From Calditrichales bacterium (GTDB taxonomy: Bacteria; Calditrichota; Calditrichia; Calditrichales; J004): a stretch of DNA of 64,000 nt. The position numbers were made by a program, and so were the translations under genes. The DNA lies in contig OZ254086.1 of the NCBI GenBank assembly GCA_965267575.1, forward strand, positions 864,001 to 928,000, in the 5' to 3' direction. The first letter of the stretch is position 1. Every line of letters starts with the position of its first letter. This document shows positions 45,639 to 54,430 of the stretch, piece by piece. The notes beneath the pieces are model-generated. The model did no database searches. It was not told where the DNA came from and worked only from the letters and a program-made list of their open reading frames with translations.

Positions 45639-47465
45639 TTATTCGGGGTCGTCCGGCCCCGTATCCACTTCGTCGTTCAAATGACGGTACCATGAGAAAT
45701 AAAGCACCACTGAGGTGACGATCAAAATCGTTAGAACTGCAAAAAACTTGTCCCACTCCCTGGCCATAAGCATCATCCAGGTCAGGAACAGCGAAAGCTG
45801 CCAGGGCACCGCAAAAAAGATTGAGAAAATGTCGCGCCTGTTTTCTTTATTTATCTTCTCCGCCACTGCATCGGGCAGCTGCTTTTTAATGTGTCCCCAT
45901 AACCCAAAGGGTCGTGTTTTTTTGTAGAAGCGAAGCAGTACCTTTTCTTCGGTTTTGGGCGTAAGCAGCGTTACGACGATAATACCCACCAGCGACATTC
46001 CTGCCGCAAACGAAAACGCAAAGTATTCCGGGATATCGGGCCAGAAGATGCGCTGGTAAAAAGCTGCCAGCATCCCCATAATGGTTCCCGCCGTAAAGCC
46101 ATAGCCGTTAAAGCGCCACCAATACCAGCGCACAAGCATGGGCACAATCAGCCCCGCACCGATACCCATGGTAAGCCAGCCCCAAATGTCGTTGATATTG
46201 CGAATGAAGACGCTGAACGCAAGGCCCAGAAGCACGATGATTACGCTTGACCAGCGTGAATGCCTCATCATGGTTGCTTCGCTGGCCTTCGGGTTGATGT
46301 AAGCCTGGTAAATATCCTTTACCCAGTAAGCGGCGCCGGCATTTACCGTGGAGTCGAATGTCGACATGGCCGCCGCCATAAGACCGGCCACAAGAAATCC
46401 CTTAACGCCGATCGGAACAAGCTGGTTGATCACTACCGGCAGCACCGTTTCCGGATCATCGATCACACCGTGCGTCATGCCATAACCAATTCCCATCATG
46501 GCAATCGAAATAATAAAAGGCCAGCGGAAACTAAGCAGAAAGGTCCAGAAGAAAGAAAGCAATCCGGCTTCTTTATCACTTTTGGCGGCGAAGTAGCGTT
46601 GAATCATGTAGCCGCTTGTACCGCCGCTGCCTTCGATGGTTACCTTGAGCAGGTAAAACAAAATGGCTACCCCAAAAAGATTATAAATGGCGTAATGCGA
46701 GTCCGGGTCAATATTGAGCGTCCACTCAGGCGTTATGTCGGTCCAGGCCGCCTTGGTCATCCAGAATTCTTCGTAGCCGCCCCCTTTCATCGGCAATGAG
46801 ATCAGGAACTCTTCCGGCAATACATATTGCGTAAAAGCGATAAAGCAGATTACAACAATGGTCCCGAAAATAATAACGCTTTGAAAAACATCTGTCCAGA
46901 CAACACCGTATAATCCGGAAGCCACCGTATAGATCATCGCCAGGAAAATCATAAGGGTTGCAGCCCAGAACTGCGGCGACAGGCCAAACATACCGGGTAT
47001 GCCCAGGAACTCGGCAATGAACTTACCCGAGCCGATGGCAAAATAAGTTATCATGGCGATCGTCATTACGATATTGGAGAATGCGGCGATAACACGGGCA
47101 ATATGGCCATCGCGCCGTTTTCCGAAGCGCAGGTTCATCCATTCGGCCAGTGTCATAACGTGGGCCCGGCGGTTCCACTTGCCCATAAAGATCATCAGGA
47201 AAGCCATAATCAGTGTAACCCCGCCGCGTATCTCGACAAAAAAGCCGCTGATACCAAGAGCGAAGACCAGGGCCACATTGATCATTGTTCCGCTGACATC
47301 CAGGTTGGACGACATGCCGGATGCGCCCAGCGCCCACCAGGGTATGCCGCGCTGCCCCAAAAAGTAAGACTCTATATCAGCCGAGGCCTTGCGCTGGAAG
47401 TACAGCCCCACCCCGATCATCGAAAGCAGGTAGACAATAACTATTCCATAATCAAGAGTACTCAT
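45639..47465 (-). CDS. Sodium:solute symporter, probably for a sugar
   Basis: YFLG.R.IPWW..GAS, SGLYGVVWTD.FQ, QRYFAAK and AAAMSTFDS motifs. Confidence 0.92.
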   Translation of the reverse strand: MSTLDYGIVIVYLLSMIGVGLYFQRKASADIESYFLGQRGIPWWALGASGMSSNLDVSGTMINVALVFALGISGFFVEIRGGVTLIMAFLMIFMGKWNRRAHVMTLAEWMNLRFGKRRDGHIARVIAAFSNIVMTIAMITYFAIGSGKFIAEFLGIPGMFGLSPQFWAATLMIFLAMIYTVASGLYGVVWTDVFQSVIIFGTIVVICFIAFTQYVLPEEFLISLPMKGGGYEEFWMTKAAWTDITPEWTLNIDPDSHYAIYNLFGVAILFYLLKVTIEGSGGTSGYMIQRYFAAKSDKEAGLLSFFWTFLLSFRWPFIISIAMMGIGYGMTHGVIDDPETVLPVVINQLVPIGVKGFLVAGLMAAAMSTFDSTVNAGAAYWVKDIYQAYINPKASEATMMRHSRWSSVIIVLLGLAFSVFIRNINDIWGWLTMGIGAGLIVPMLVRWYWWRFNGYGFTAGTIMGMLAAFYQRIFWPDIPEYFAFSFAAGMSLVGIIVVTLLTPKTEEKVLLRFYKKTRPFGLWGHIKKQLPDAVAEKINKENRRDIFSIFFAVPWQLSLFLTWMMLMAREWDKFFAVLTILIVTSVVLYFSWYRHLNDEVDTGPDDPE

Positions 47466-47494
47466 GCTTCAGCTCCCTGTTTAGGAAAACACCG

Positions 47495-47653
47495 CTAGAA
47501 AATGGTGTAAATAAACGGTGCCAGCGCACTGCCCTGCGTTAAAACAATAAGCAGACCGAGGCTGATTAAGATGAAAATGATGGGAAAAAGCCACCACTTT
47601 TTATTTTCTTTCAAGAATGAAAAATATTCTGCAACAATACGTACTTTGGACAC
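47495..47653 (-). CDS. DUF5989-like 52-aa membrane microprotein
   Basis: Below the ORF-track cutoff. GTG start with GGAG RBS; MSKVRIVAEYFSFLKENKKWWLFPIIFILISLGLLIVLTQGSALAPFIYTIF carries the KKWWL.P...APFIYT.F signature. Confidence 0.85.
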   Translation of the reverse strand: MSKVRIVAEYFSFLKENKKWWLFPIIFILISLGLLIVLTQGSALAPFIYTIF

Positions 47654-47733
47654 GATAAATCTCCATCTGGAATCACTGTAATAAACCCGGACACAGGCTT
47701 ATTGCAATGATTCGTCCGTTATGCTTTATGGAT

Positions 47734-47766
47734 AAAAATAAAAAGGAGGCGCAGGAGCGCCTCCTT
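47734..47766 (-). terminator. Terminator after the TBDR-PorV operon
   Basis: AAGGAGGCGC-AGGA-GCGCCTCCTT with a T-rich tail on the minus strand. Confidence 0.75.
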
Positions 47767-47783
47767 GTCAGATCAAACCACGC

Positions 47784-49817
47784 TTATTTCATCATTACCA
47801 TTTTACGTGTTTGTACAACGTCGCCGGCGCGCAGCTGGTAGAAATAGATTCCACTGCCAACCTGGACATTGCTGTTATCCAAACCATTCCATACCAGCTT
47901 ATGAGGTCCGGCCGTTAACTGACCGTTAACCAGCGTACGGATTGTACGACCGGTTACATCATAAACAACAAGCTGAACATCCGTAGCTTTGTTCAGAACA
48001 AACTCAATGTTTGTGCTGGGGTTGAAGGGGTTCGGATAGTTTTGGCGCAGGCTGATGCCTTCAGGAGCGATGATATCGCTGTAGTCATCGATAGCTGTTA
48101 CGCTGTCATAATAGGTACCGTTGGAACCGAATACACGGAATACCGGAGAAGTCGTAACATTGCCTGTATGGTTCTGGGCAAAACCGGCTTCGTTATCAAA
48201 ACCGTTAATGCCGTATTTCCAAACCATGTCCACACCGGCACCGGGGTTGAAGGTAACCGTAATCGACCAGACGTCATCACCGGCCGTAGCATCACCGTCC
48301 GTACCAGCGTCATTCATCTTCAGCGCTTCACGCGTGGGATCGCCGGGAGTAAGGTCCCATACCCAGGCCATTTCCGGATCAGTACCGGAGTGGCCGGAAG
48401 CGAGAAATACATCGTCAATGCTGCTTACATCACCGCCGCCAAAGGTAATGTTACCATACTGCTGCAGGTAACCGATAGCCGGAGTCATGTCAACTTCGAA
48501 AACGATGTTGGTTTCGGTTGTGAAAATATCATCCGGACCGATGTCGCTGAAATAAACCGTATCCAGGACAACTTCGCGGATGTCGTTACCGTTGCTGTCT
48601 TCTTCGTTACCAACGGCAAAGAAGGCACGGTTATCCGTATTGAATTTGGGATCAAAAGCACGGCTTTCCCACACGGTACCACTGCTGTTGGTAATGACAT
48701 ACTTGTAATAAACCGTGTCAGCAATCGGCGTAAGCGAATCTACCCAAATCGTTGAATAGAGGCTTGGATTGAACAGGTCCGGAGAAAGAATATCGCTCGG
48801 ACCGCTCCAGCCGTTGAAACTGCCGCGTACATCCAATGTGTCCGTAGCCGGATCAAATGTACCGGAAAGCTCCTGGATGGAGATGTCGCAGTTGAATACA
48901 ACTTCGAATTCATCTTTTTCGCCCGGCTCAATAACATAAAGATCGCCATTGGAGCCAAACTCACGGAAAACAGGCGATGTGCTTACATCACCCGTGTGGT
49001 TTTGGGCAAAGCCGGCTTCGTTATCATAGCCATTGATGCCGTATTTCCAAACCATGTCCGTACCGGCACCGGGGTTAAAGGTTACGGTAATGGACCAGAT
49101 ATCGTCTTCGGCAACCCTGTCACCATCCATACCGGAGTCATTCATCTTAAGCGCTTCACGCTTTGGATCGCCGGGTGTCAGGTCCCAAACCCAGGCCATT
49201 TCCGGGTCGGTGCCGGAGTGGCCGGAGGCCAGGAATACGTCATCGATGCTGGTAACATCGCCGCCGCCAAAAGTAATCTCGCCGTAGATATCGAGATAAT
49301 CGATGGCCGGAGTCATATCGACTTCAAAAACGACATCGGTTTCAGTCGTAAAAATATCGTCCGGGCTGATATCGCTGAAGTAGACGGTATCCAGAACAAC
49401 CTCTTTCAGGTCGTTTCCATTGTCGTCCGGCTCATTACCCGTGGCGAAGAAAGCGCGGTTATCGGTATTGAAATCCGGATCAAAAGCGCGGCTTTCCCAA
49501 ACGGTACCGCTGCTATTGGTTATTACGTACTTGTAATAAACCGTATCCTGAAGCGGAGTCAGTTCCAGTTCAACCAGAGTCGAATAGAGACTCGGATCAA
49601 ACAGATCCGGCGCCAGGATGTCGCTGGGACCGGCCCAGCCATTGAAGCTGCCGCGTACATCGAGCGTATCCGTTGCCGGATCAAATGTACCGGAGAGCTC
49701 CTGAACGGATATGTCGCAATTGAAAATCACTTCGAATGTTTCCGCTTCCTGGGCGAACGAAGTGGTAATCATAAAGAGCGACACTATCAGAGAGACGAAT
49801 GTAGCTTTGACTCTCAT
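47784..49817 (-). CDS. Acidic secreted protein with two near-identical ~264-aa modules (starch-binding CBM20-like/Ig) and a T9SS/FlgD-type CTD
   Basis: Signal peptide; duplicated FEV.FNCDIS...VRGSFNGW...YYKYV...WES...NR module; QNYPNPFNP...TRKMVMMK tail. Confidence 0.82.
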   Translation of the reverse strand: MRVKATFVSLIVSLFMITTSFAQEAETFEVIFNCDISVQELSGTFDPATDTLDVRGSFNGWAGPSDILAPDLFDPSLYSTLVELELTPLQDTVYYKYVITNSSGTVWESRAFDPDFNTDNRAFFATGNEPDDNGNDLKEVVLDTVYFSDISPDDIFTTETDVVFEVDMTPAIDYLDIYGEITFGGGDVTSIDDVFLASGHSGTDPEMAWVWDLTPGDPKREALKMNDSGMDGDRVAEDDIWSITVTFNPGAGTDMVWKYGINGYDNEAGFAQNHTGDVSTSPVFREFGSNGDLYVIEPGEKDEFEVVFNCDISIQELSGTFDPATDTLDVRGSFNGWSGPSDILSPDLFNPSLYSTIWVDSLTPIADTVYYKYVITNSSGTVWESRAFDPKFNTDNRAFFAVGNEEDSNGNDIREVVLDTVYFSDIGPDDIFTTETNIVFEVDMTPAIGYLQQYGNITFGGGDVSSIDDVFLASGHSGTDPEMAWVWDLTPGDPTREALKMNDAGTDGDATAGDDVWSITVTFNPGAGVDMVWKYGINGFDNEAGFAQNHTGNVTTSPVFRVFGSNGTYYDSVTAIDDYSDIIAPEGISLRQNYPNPFNPSTNIEFVLNKATDVQLVVYDVTGRTIRTLVNGQLTAGPHKLVWNGLDNSNVQVGSGIYFYQLRAGDVVQTRKMVMMK
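48117..49736 (-). repeat. Intragenic tandem duplication: 792-bp units with 828-bp period
   Basis: Unit 1 at 48945-49736 and unit 2 at 48117-48908; collinear and highly similar at protein level, with many synonymous differences. Confidence 0.9.
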
Positions 49818-49870
49818 AGATATACCTCCTGTTGATGGTTAGAGTAAAGGTTTTAAAATCCTGCACCCGC

Positions 49871-50890
49871 TTAAAGGCGCAGAAAAATGGTGAATTTCTG
49901 AACGTTATCAAGCCGCCCGAAATGCTCAAAGGCATAATCGAGCTGCATGTTGAGACCGCCAAAATCCTGACGGATGCCGCCACCCACGGTAAAGCCTTCT
50001 TCGCTGTCCGGCAGGAATAGTGCTTTGTAGCCGCCACGCAGCGCCAGCATATTGTCATACACATATTCGGCGCCGGCATTTACGCTTTGCGCGTTGTCAT
50101 TGGGGTGCATCACGTCGGACACAAGGGTCATTGTGTTTTTTTCGTTATTAACCAGATCGTAAGCCAGCCCAAACCGGAACAACAGGGGAAGGTCATACTG
50201 GCCCGTTTCCAGCAAAGCGTTAAGCTGATCATTATTACCGCTGATATTTTTATTTATGTCCACCTGCACCAGCAGGTCATCGCCGCTCATCTGCATTTTG
50301 CCGCCAAAGTTGGAGATGCTGATACCAAGACGCAGCCCGTCGAAAGGCGTGGTAAACAAGGCGCCCACGTCAAGGGCGAAACCGCTGGCCGAAGAGTTAT
50401 AGATATCTTCCTGAATGTATTTACCCGTGAAACCAATCATGAATTTGTCCGTCAGGCGACGGGCATAGGAGAGGCCTACGGCAAAACTTCCGGCCGAGAA
50501 CGTCACACCGGTACCTTCCGGATTGTCCTCCGTGGTCTGTTCAAATTCGCCCATATTCAGGTTGGTAATGCTCACGCCGAATACACCGGCCGTACCCACC
50601 GGCACCGCAACGCCGGCAAACTCAAAATTTATATCCGCCAGCCAATCGGAGTGGTTGAAAATTATTTCAGGTCTGTCGAGCTGGGCAATACCGCCAACGT
50701 TCCAGAACAACGCGGACGCGTCGTTGGAAACAGCGGTAAAAGCGCCGCCCATACTAAGCGGCCTTGCGCCAACACCGATGGTTAAGAAAGGAGCAGCCGT
50801 TGTACCCACCTTTGTAACGTCGCGCGCCTCGGCAACCACCTGGGCGCCCAGCAAAACGGTTATCACAAACAATGCGAGTTTTCGGTTCAT
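49871..50890 (-). CDS. PorV/PorQ (UPF0164)-family beta-barrel
   Basis: FLTIGVGAR..SMGGAF.AV.NDAS..FWN.GG N-terminal signature followed by barrel strands. Confidence 0.9.
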   Translation of the reverse strand: MNRKLALFVITVLLGAQVVAEARDVTKVGTTAAPFLTIGVGARPLSMGGAFTAVSNDASALFWNVGGIAQLDRPEIIFNHSDWLADINFEFAGVAVPVGTAGVFGVSITNLNMGEFEQTTEDNPEGTGVTFSAGSFAVGLSYARRLTDKFMIGFTGKYIQEDIYNSSASGFALDVGALFTTPFDGLRLGISISNFGGKMQMSGDDLLVQVDINKNISGNNDQLNALLETGQYDLPLLFRFGLAYDLVNNEKNTMTLVSDVMHPNDNAQSVNAGAEYVYDNMLALRGGYKALFLPDSEEGFTVGGGIRQDFGGLNMQLDYAFEHFGRLDNVQKFTIFLRL

Positions 50891-50926
50891 AGTGCTAACC
50901 TCTTCCCGATAAATCGTTTCTCGTTG

Positions 50927-53900
50927 TTATTTGATGACGGCGAATTTGCCGACTTTTTTGCCAATCCCCGGCGCATCCACGTGATAGATGTAAACACCAT
51001 AGGCCACATCCAGCTGATCCCTGCTCAGCAGGTCCCAATCCGCGGTACCATCGGTAACGGTGGACTCGTGATGGATCGTATCGACGAGTTCGCCTCGCAC
51101 ATTGTATATGCGGATGGTACACACTTTGGGCAGGTGGATAAAGTGAATGGCCCGTTCACCGCGCCCGCTGCTGAAGGTGTTTCGCGGCTCCCAGGCTGCG
51201 GCGGCAATGTAGGGGTTGGGTACAACTTTAATTTTGTCAAGATCGTCTTTTGCAAGCGTTTTGTCTTCTTCCGGACCTTCTGCCGTGAACTCAAAACGGT
51301 CATAGCTCAGGAAAGGTTTGTTAACCGGCAGGATGAGCACGTCACCGGCCTGCGGCAGGACTTTTGTGCTGTCCCATAATGACATGGTTACGCTATATGT
51401 TGGATCATAGCGATCTCTTAACTGATTATATTCAAAGAATATGACTATATCATTTCCGTCCAGAACGCCTTTTAAGCTGTCCGGCTCGGAGTTAACGTTG
51501 TTGTCCGGTCCGCGCTCAAGGACGTTAAATTCTACATATCTGTTTTCCGACGTGTTCTTGACGCGGAAATTGACCGGCGTTTTTCTGAAGCTGTTGGGCA
51601 CCAGGAAGTTGGAGCTGGTGTCTATACCCGCTTCGCCTACTTCAATCTGGTAACTGGCCGGATAGCGCACGCCCTGGAAAACACTGAGGCTGAGCACAGA
51701 CCATCCCGCGGGTGTCGGCTTCAGGATATTGCGCGTTGTGTCCGTCCATGTAACCTCCGTAGGTACAGGACCGGTAATCCAATCGTTGCGCAGGCGCAGT
51801 TTCACGCCATCAAATACGGTGGCGTCCACGTTAATATTTGTATTCAGAGGTACAACGGTATCACCCGTCGTCACATTGTACACATAAAAGCCATCCGTCG
51901 TACGCAGGAAGGTTGTATCGCTTGCTCCGCGAACGATGTACTTGTCCGTAAAGCCAACCTGATAGGTATTGCCGTCCTTTACCTCCAGCGGATCAATAAC
52001 CTCCAGGGAGACGCTGCCGCTGGCATCGCCATCAACGCGCTCCAGGCTTTCCATGGCATCGCCCGGCGGTACATATCCGGCAACCGGAGCTTCAGGCCGC
52101 ACCACTACCACATTCTGGCCCAGCTCAATTTCACCGGCCGTGTTGATGGCGGCAAATTTGGATGTTTCCGACGGCTGCAGAATGCGGCGCTCACCGGAGG
52201 TCGGATCTGTTGCGTTGATACCGCGGTCATAAGCGGTAACCGCGTAGAAATAGTTGAAACCGTTTTTAACCGTGGTGTCTACATAGGTGTGGCGCAATCC
52301 CGTATTATCTCCCAGGTAAAATACAGCGCCCGTCTGCGGATCAACCTCGGGGAAAAAGCCGCTGTCGGCGTTTACAATATCAAATTGCGCAACAGGCACG
52401 TCACTTATGCGGCTGCCAAACACGTTGGTAACAACACCCGTTTCATCCCAGGTGGGGAAGGTAGCGCGGTAGACTTTATACCCCTCAAAATCATTACCGT
52501 CACCGGTAACAACTTCCGAAAGCCTGTCATAACTCTGCTCGGAATTGCTGTCCCAATACAAGGTAACTTTGTTGTCACCCGCGGCAGCCCTAAGCTTGGG
52601 CAACTGGGGTGCTTTTGCAAAATTGTAATCGTTATTATAAATAAGCTGTACGGTATTCTTTGTGCGGAAAATTTCGTTTTCGTTATTACCAAAGAAGAAG
52701 GCCAGCGAGATGCGTTCGGTCTGGTTGACCTGAAGCGGGAAGTAAGCCGTTCCGTAGATAAAGTCCACGTCATCGTTCTGCAGTTCGTCGTCGAAGTAGC
52801 CGGGAAGCAGTGTTTCCCAAAGCTGGTCATCGTTGCGCAGGCGGATCAGGTTAAACGGCTTGAACAAATAGAAACTCGTCAAACCGATCTGGTCAGACTC
52901 GTCAATATCCGTTTTATCGATATTAGGCTCACCGGGAAGACCCGTGTCAACAAGATTACCTGTGCCATCGTCCTGGTAACCCGACGTGGGCAATCCATCA
53001 CCTTCGCCAAAGTCGTTTGTACCCGGTTGACCGTCCAGACCCACGTCATCAATCGAGGCGTTCCAGTCTCCATCATTATCAATACCGTCGGCACGGCTTT
53101 CATCTATAAGCGGATTGGTGCTGTTACCGCCGATAAAGTCTTTATAGGCCAAACCGATTTGCGGGTTTTCTTCATCTACCAGACCGTTGTTGTTGTTATC
53201 GATACCGTCCTGGATCTCTGTGTTTTCATCGATAAGACCGTTTAGGTTGTTATCAATATTATCATAGGGCTGTTCGTACAGCGTATCGCCGGGCTGGAAG
53301 GAATAAGTTTCATCATTTACGGTAAACGTGATGCCTTCGGCGGGAAAATCTACAACGCTGCGTGTAAAGAACGGTGAATCATAATCGATCGTAACTACCT
53401 GCTCGCCTGTCTGTATGACCCGCGGTAACAATAAATCTTCCGTGATTACCGCACTTCCATCAGTACCATCATTGTCATCATCAAAACCATTTACGCTATT
53501 GCCCGGGCTTTCCAGGAAGGCGTAACCCAGGTAAGCAACAGGTGTCCATCCCGTTCCGCCGATATTATCATTATCCCAGGAATAGGTGATGTTTTCTCGG
53601 GCATTAAAACGGGAGTTGTCATCGTTTGTATCACCGTCGCCGCCGATTGTAGTACCGACGATCATGCCAAAAACGGCTTTATCGTAATTGGTTGTACCGA
53701 TGTTAGTCACATCATAAAGCCAAAAGACTGTATTTTGAGCCAGGGTTTGCGACCACTGCAAACCACGGACATTGGCAAGCAAAGCCAAACCTCCGCGAGT
53801 CGTGTCATTGGCATCTGGGAAAAAGTCAAAACCACGAATAAACTCCTTATCGCGGTTGTCATCCATTGCCCAGTAGCTTTCCTGGTCGGCATTAAACTGG

Positions 53901-54412
53901 TCCTTGCCAAAAAAGCCGTTCCACTGTCCGGGCCAGCCGGGGTCGTTGGCATCGGTGCGTCTGTCGGGCCAGTCCGTGGGCCAGGTTCCCCGCTGATGGC
54001 TCATGGCAACGCCACTGTCGGAAGCGTTAAAACCGGGCAACGGCTCCCAGCCCCAGAAAAAGGTGGGATCATTGGGGTCAACATCGTTGCTGCCGCGCGG
54101 TCCGTCAGACACGGTCACGGGCGTAATGATCTGGCCGTCGGATAACTCAATTTCAGCACCTACCATGATGCTGATGTCGCCTACGTAAAAATGACCGCTG
54201 TTGATAGGCCATTCACCGCCAAAATCTTCAGCGGCATTTTCACGGCCAATAAGACCATAATTAAAAAAGGTTGTCCGTACCTGGTTGCCGCTGTGAACGT
54301 TTTTTTCACGATTATTGGGATGCCCTTTGAGGGTCTCGTAATACTGCGCGGAAACAAGGGCGGGCAAAATGGCGATTATGGCAGCCAGCCGAATAAGGTG
54401 TTTCAGTTTCAT
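50927..54412 (-). CDS. Large secreted non-lipoprotein with Asp/Asn-rich Ca-binding-like repeats, an Fn3-like region and a variant T9SS-type CTD
   Basis: SPI signal peptide; DGIDNNNNGLVDE-type repeats; DFEGYKVYR and YFYAVTAYD; tail IKVVPNPY...IHFIHLP..CTIRIY...WDL...GVYIYHV...GKFAVIK. Confidence 0.85.
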   Translation of the reverse strand: MKLKHLIRLAAIIAILPALVSAQYYETLKGHPNNREKNVHSGNQVRTTFFNYGLIGRENAAEDFGGEWPINSGHFYVGDISIMVGAEIELSDGQIITPVTVSDGPRGSNDVDPNDPTFFWGWEPLPGFNASDSGVAMSHQRGTWPTDWPDRRTDANDPGWPGQWNGFFGKDQFNADQESYWAMDDNRDKEFIRGFDFFPDANDTTRGGLALLANVRGLQWSQTLAQNTVFWLYDVTNIGTTNYDKAVFGMIVGTTIGGDGDTNDDNSRFNARENITYSWDNDNIGGTGWTPVAYLGYAFLESPGNSVNGFDDDNDGTDGSAVITEDLLLPRVIQTGEQVVTIDYDSPFFTRSVVDFPAEGITFTVNDETYSFQPGDTLYEQPYDNIDNNLNGLIDENTEIQDGIDNNNNGLVDEENPQIGLAYKDFIGGNSTNPLIDESRADGIDNDGDWNASIDDVGLDGQPGTNDFGEGDGLPTSGYQDDGTGNLVDTGLPGEPNIDKTDIDESDQIGLTSFYLFKPFNLIRLRNDDQLWETLLPGYFDDELQNDDVDFIYGTAYFPLQVNQTERISLAFFFGNNENEIFRTKNTVQLIYNNDYNFAKAPQLPKLRAAAGDNKVTLYWDSNSEQSYDRLSEVVTGDGNDFEGYKVYRATFPTWDETGVVTNVFGSRISDVPVAQFDIVNADSGFFPEVDPQTGAVFYLGDNTGLRHTYVDTTVKNGFNYFYAVTAYDRGINATDPTSGERRILQPSETSKFAAINTAGEIELGQNVVVVRPEAPVAGYVPPGDAMESLERVDGDASGSVSLEVIDPLEVKDGNTYQVGFTDKYIVRGASDTTFLRTTDGFYVYNVTTGDTVVPLNTNINVDATVFDGVKLRLRNDWITGPVPTEVTWTDTTRNILKPTPAGWSVLSLSVFQGVRYPASYQIEVGEAGIDTSSNFLVPNSFRKTPVNFRVKNTSENRYVEFNVLERGPDNNVNSEPDSLKGVLDGNDIVIFFEYNQLRDRYDPTYSVTMSLWDSTKVLPQAGDVLILPVNKPFLSYDRFEFTAEGPEEDKTLAKDDLDKIKVVPNPYIAAAAWEPRNTFSSGRGERAIHFIHLPKVCTIRIYNVRGELVDTIHHESTVTDGTADWDLLSRDQLDVAYGVYIYHVDAPGIGKKVGKFAVIK

Positions 54413-54430
54413 ATCTGTTGTCTCTCGTTT

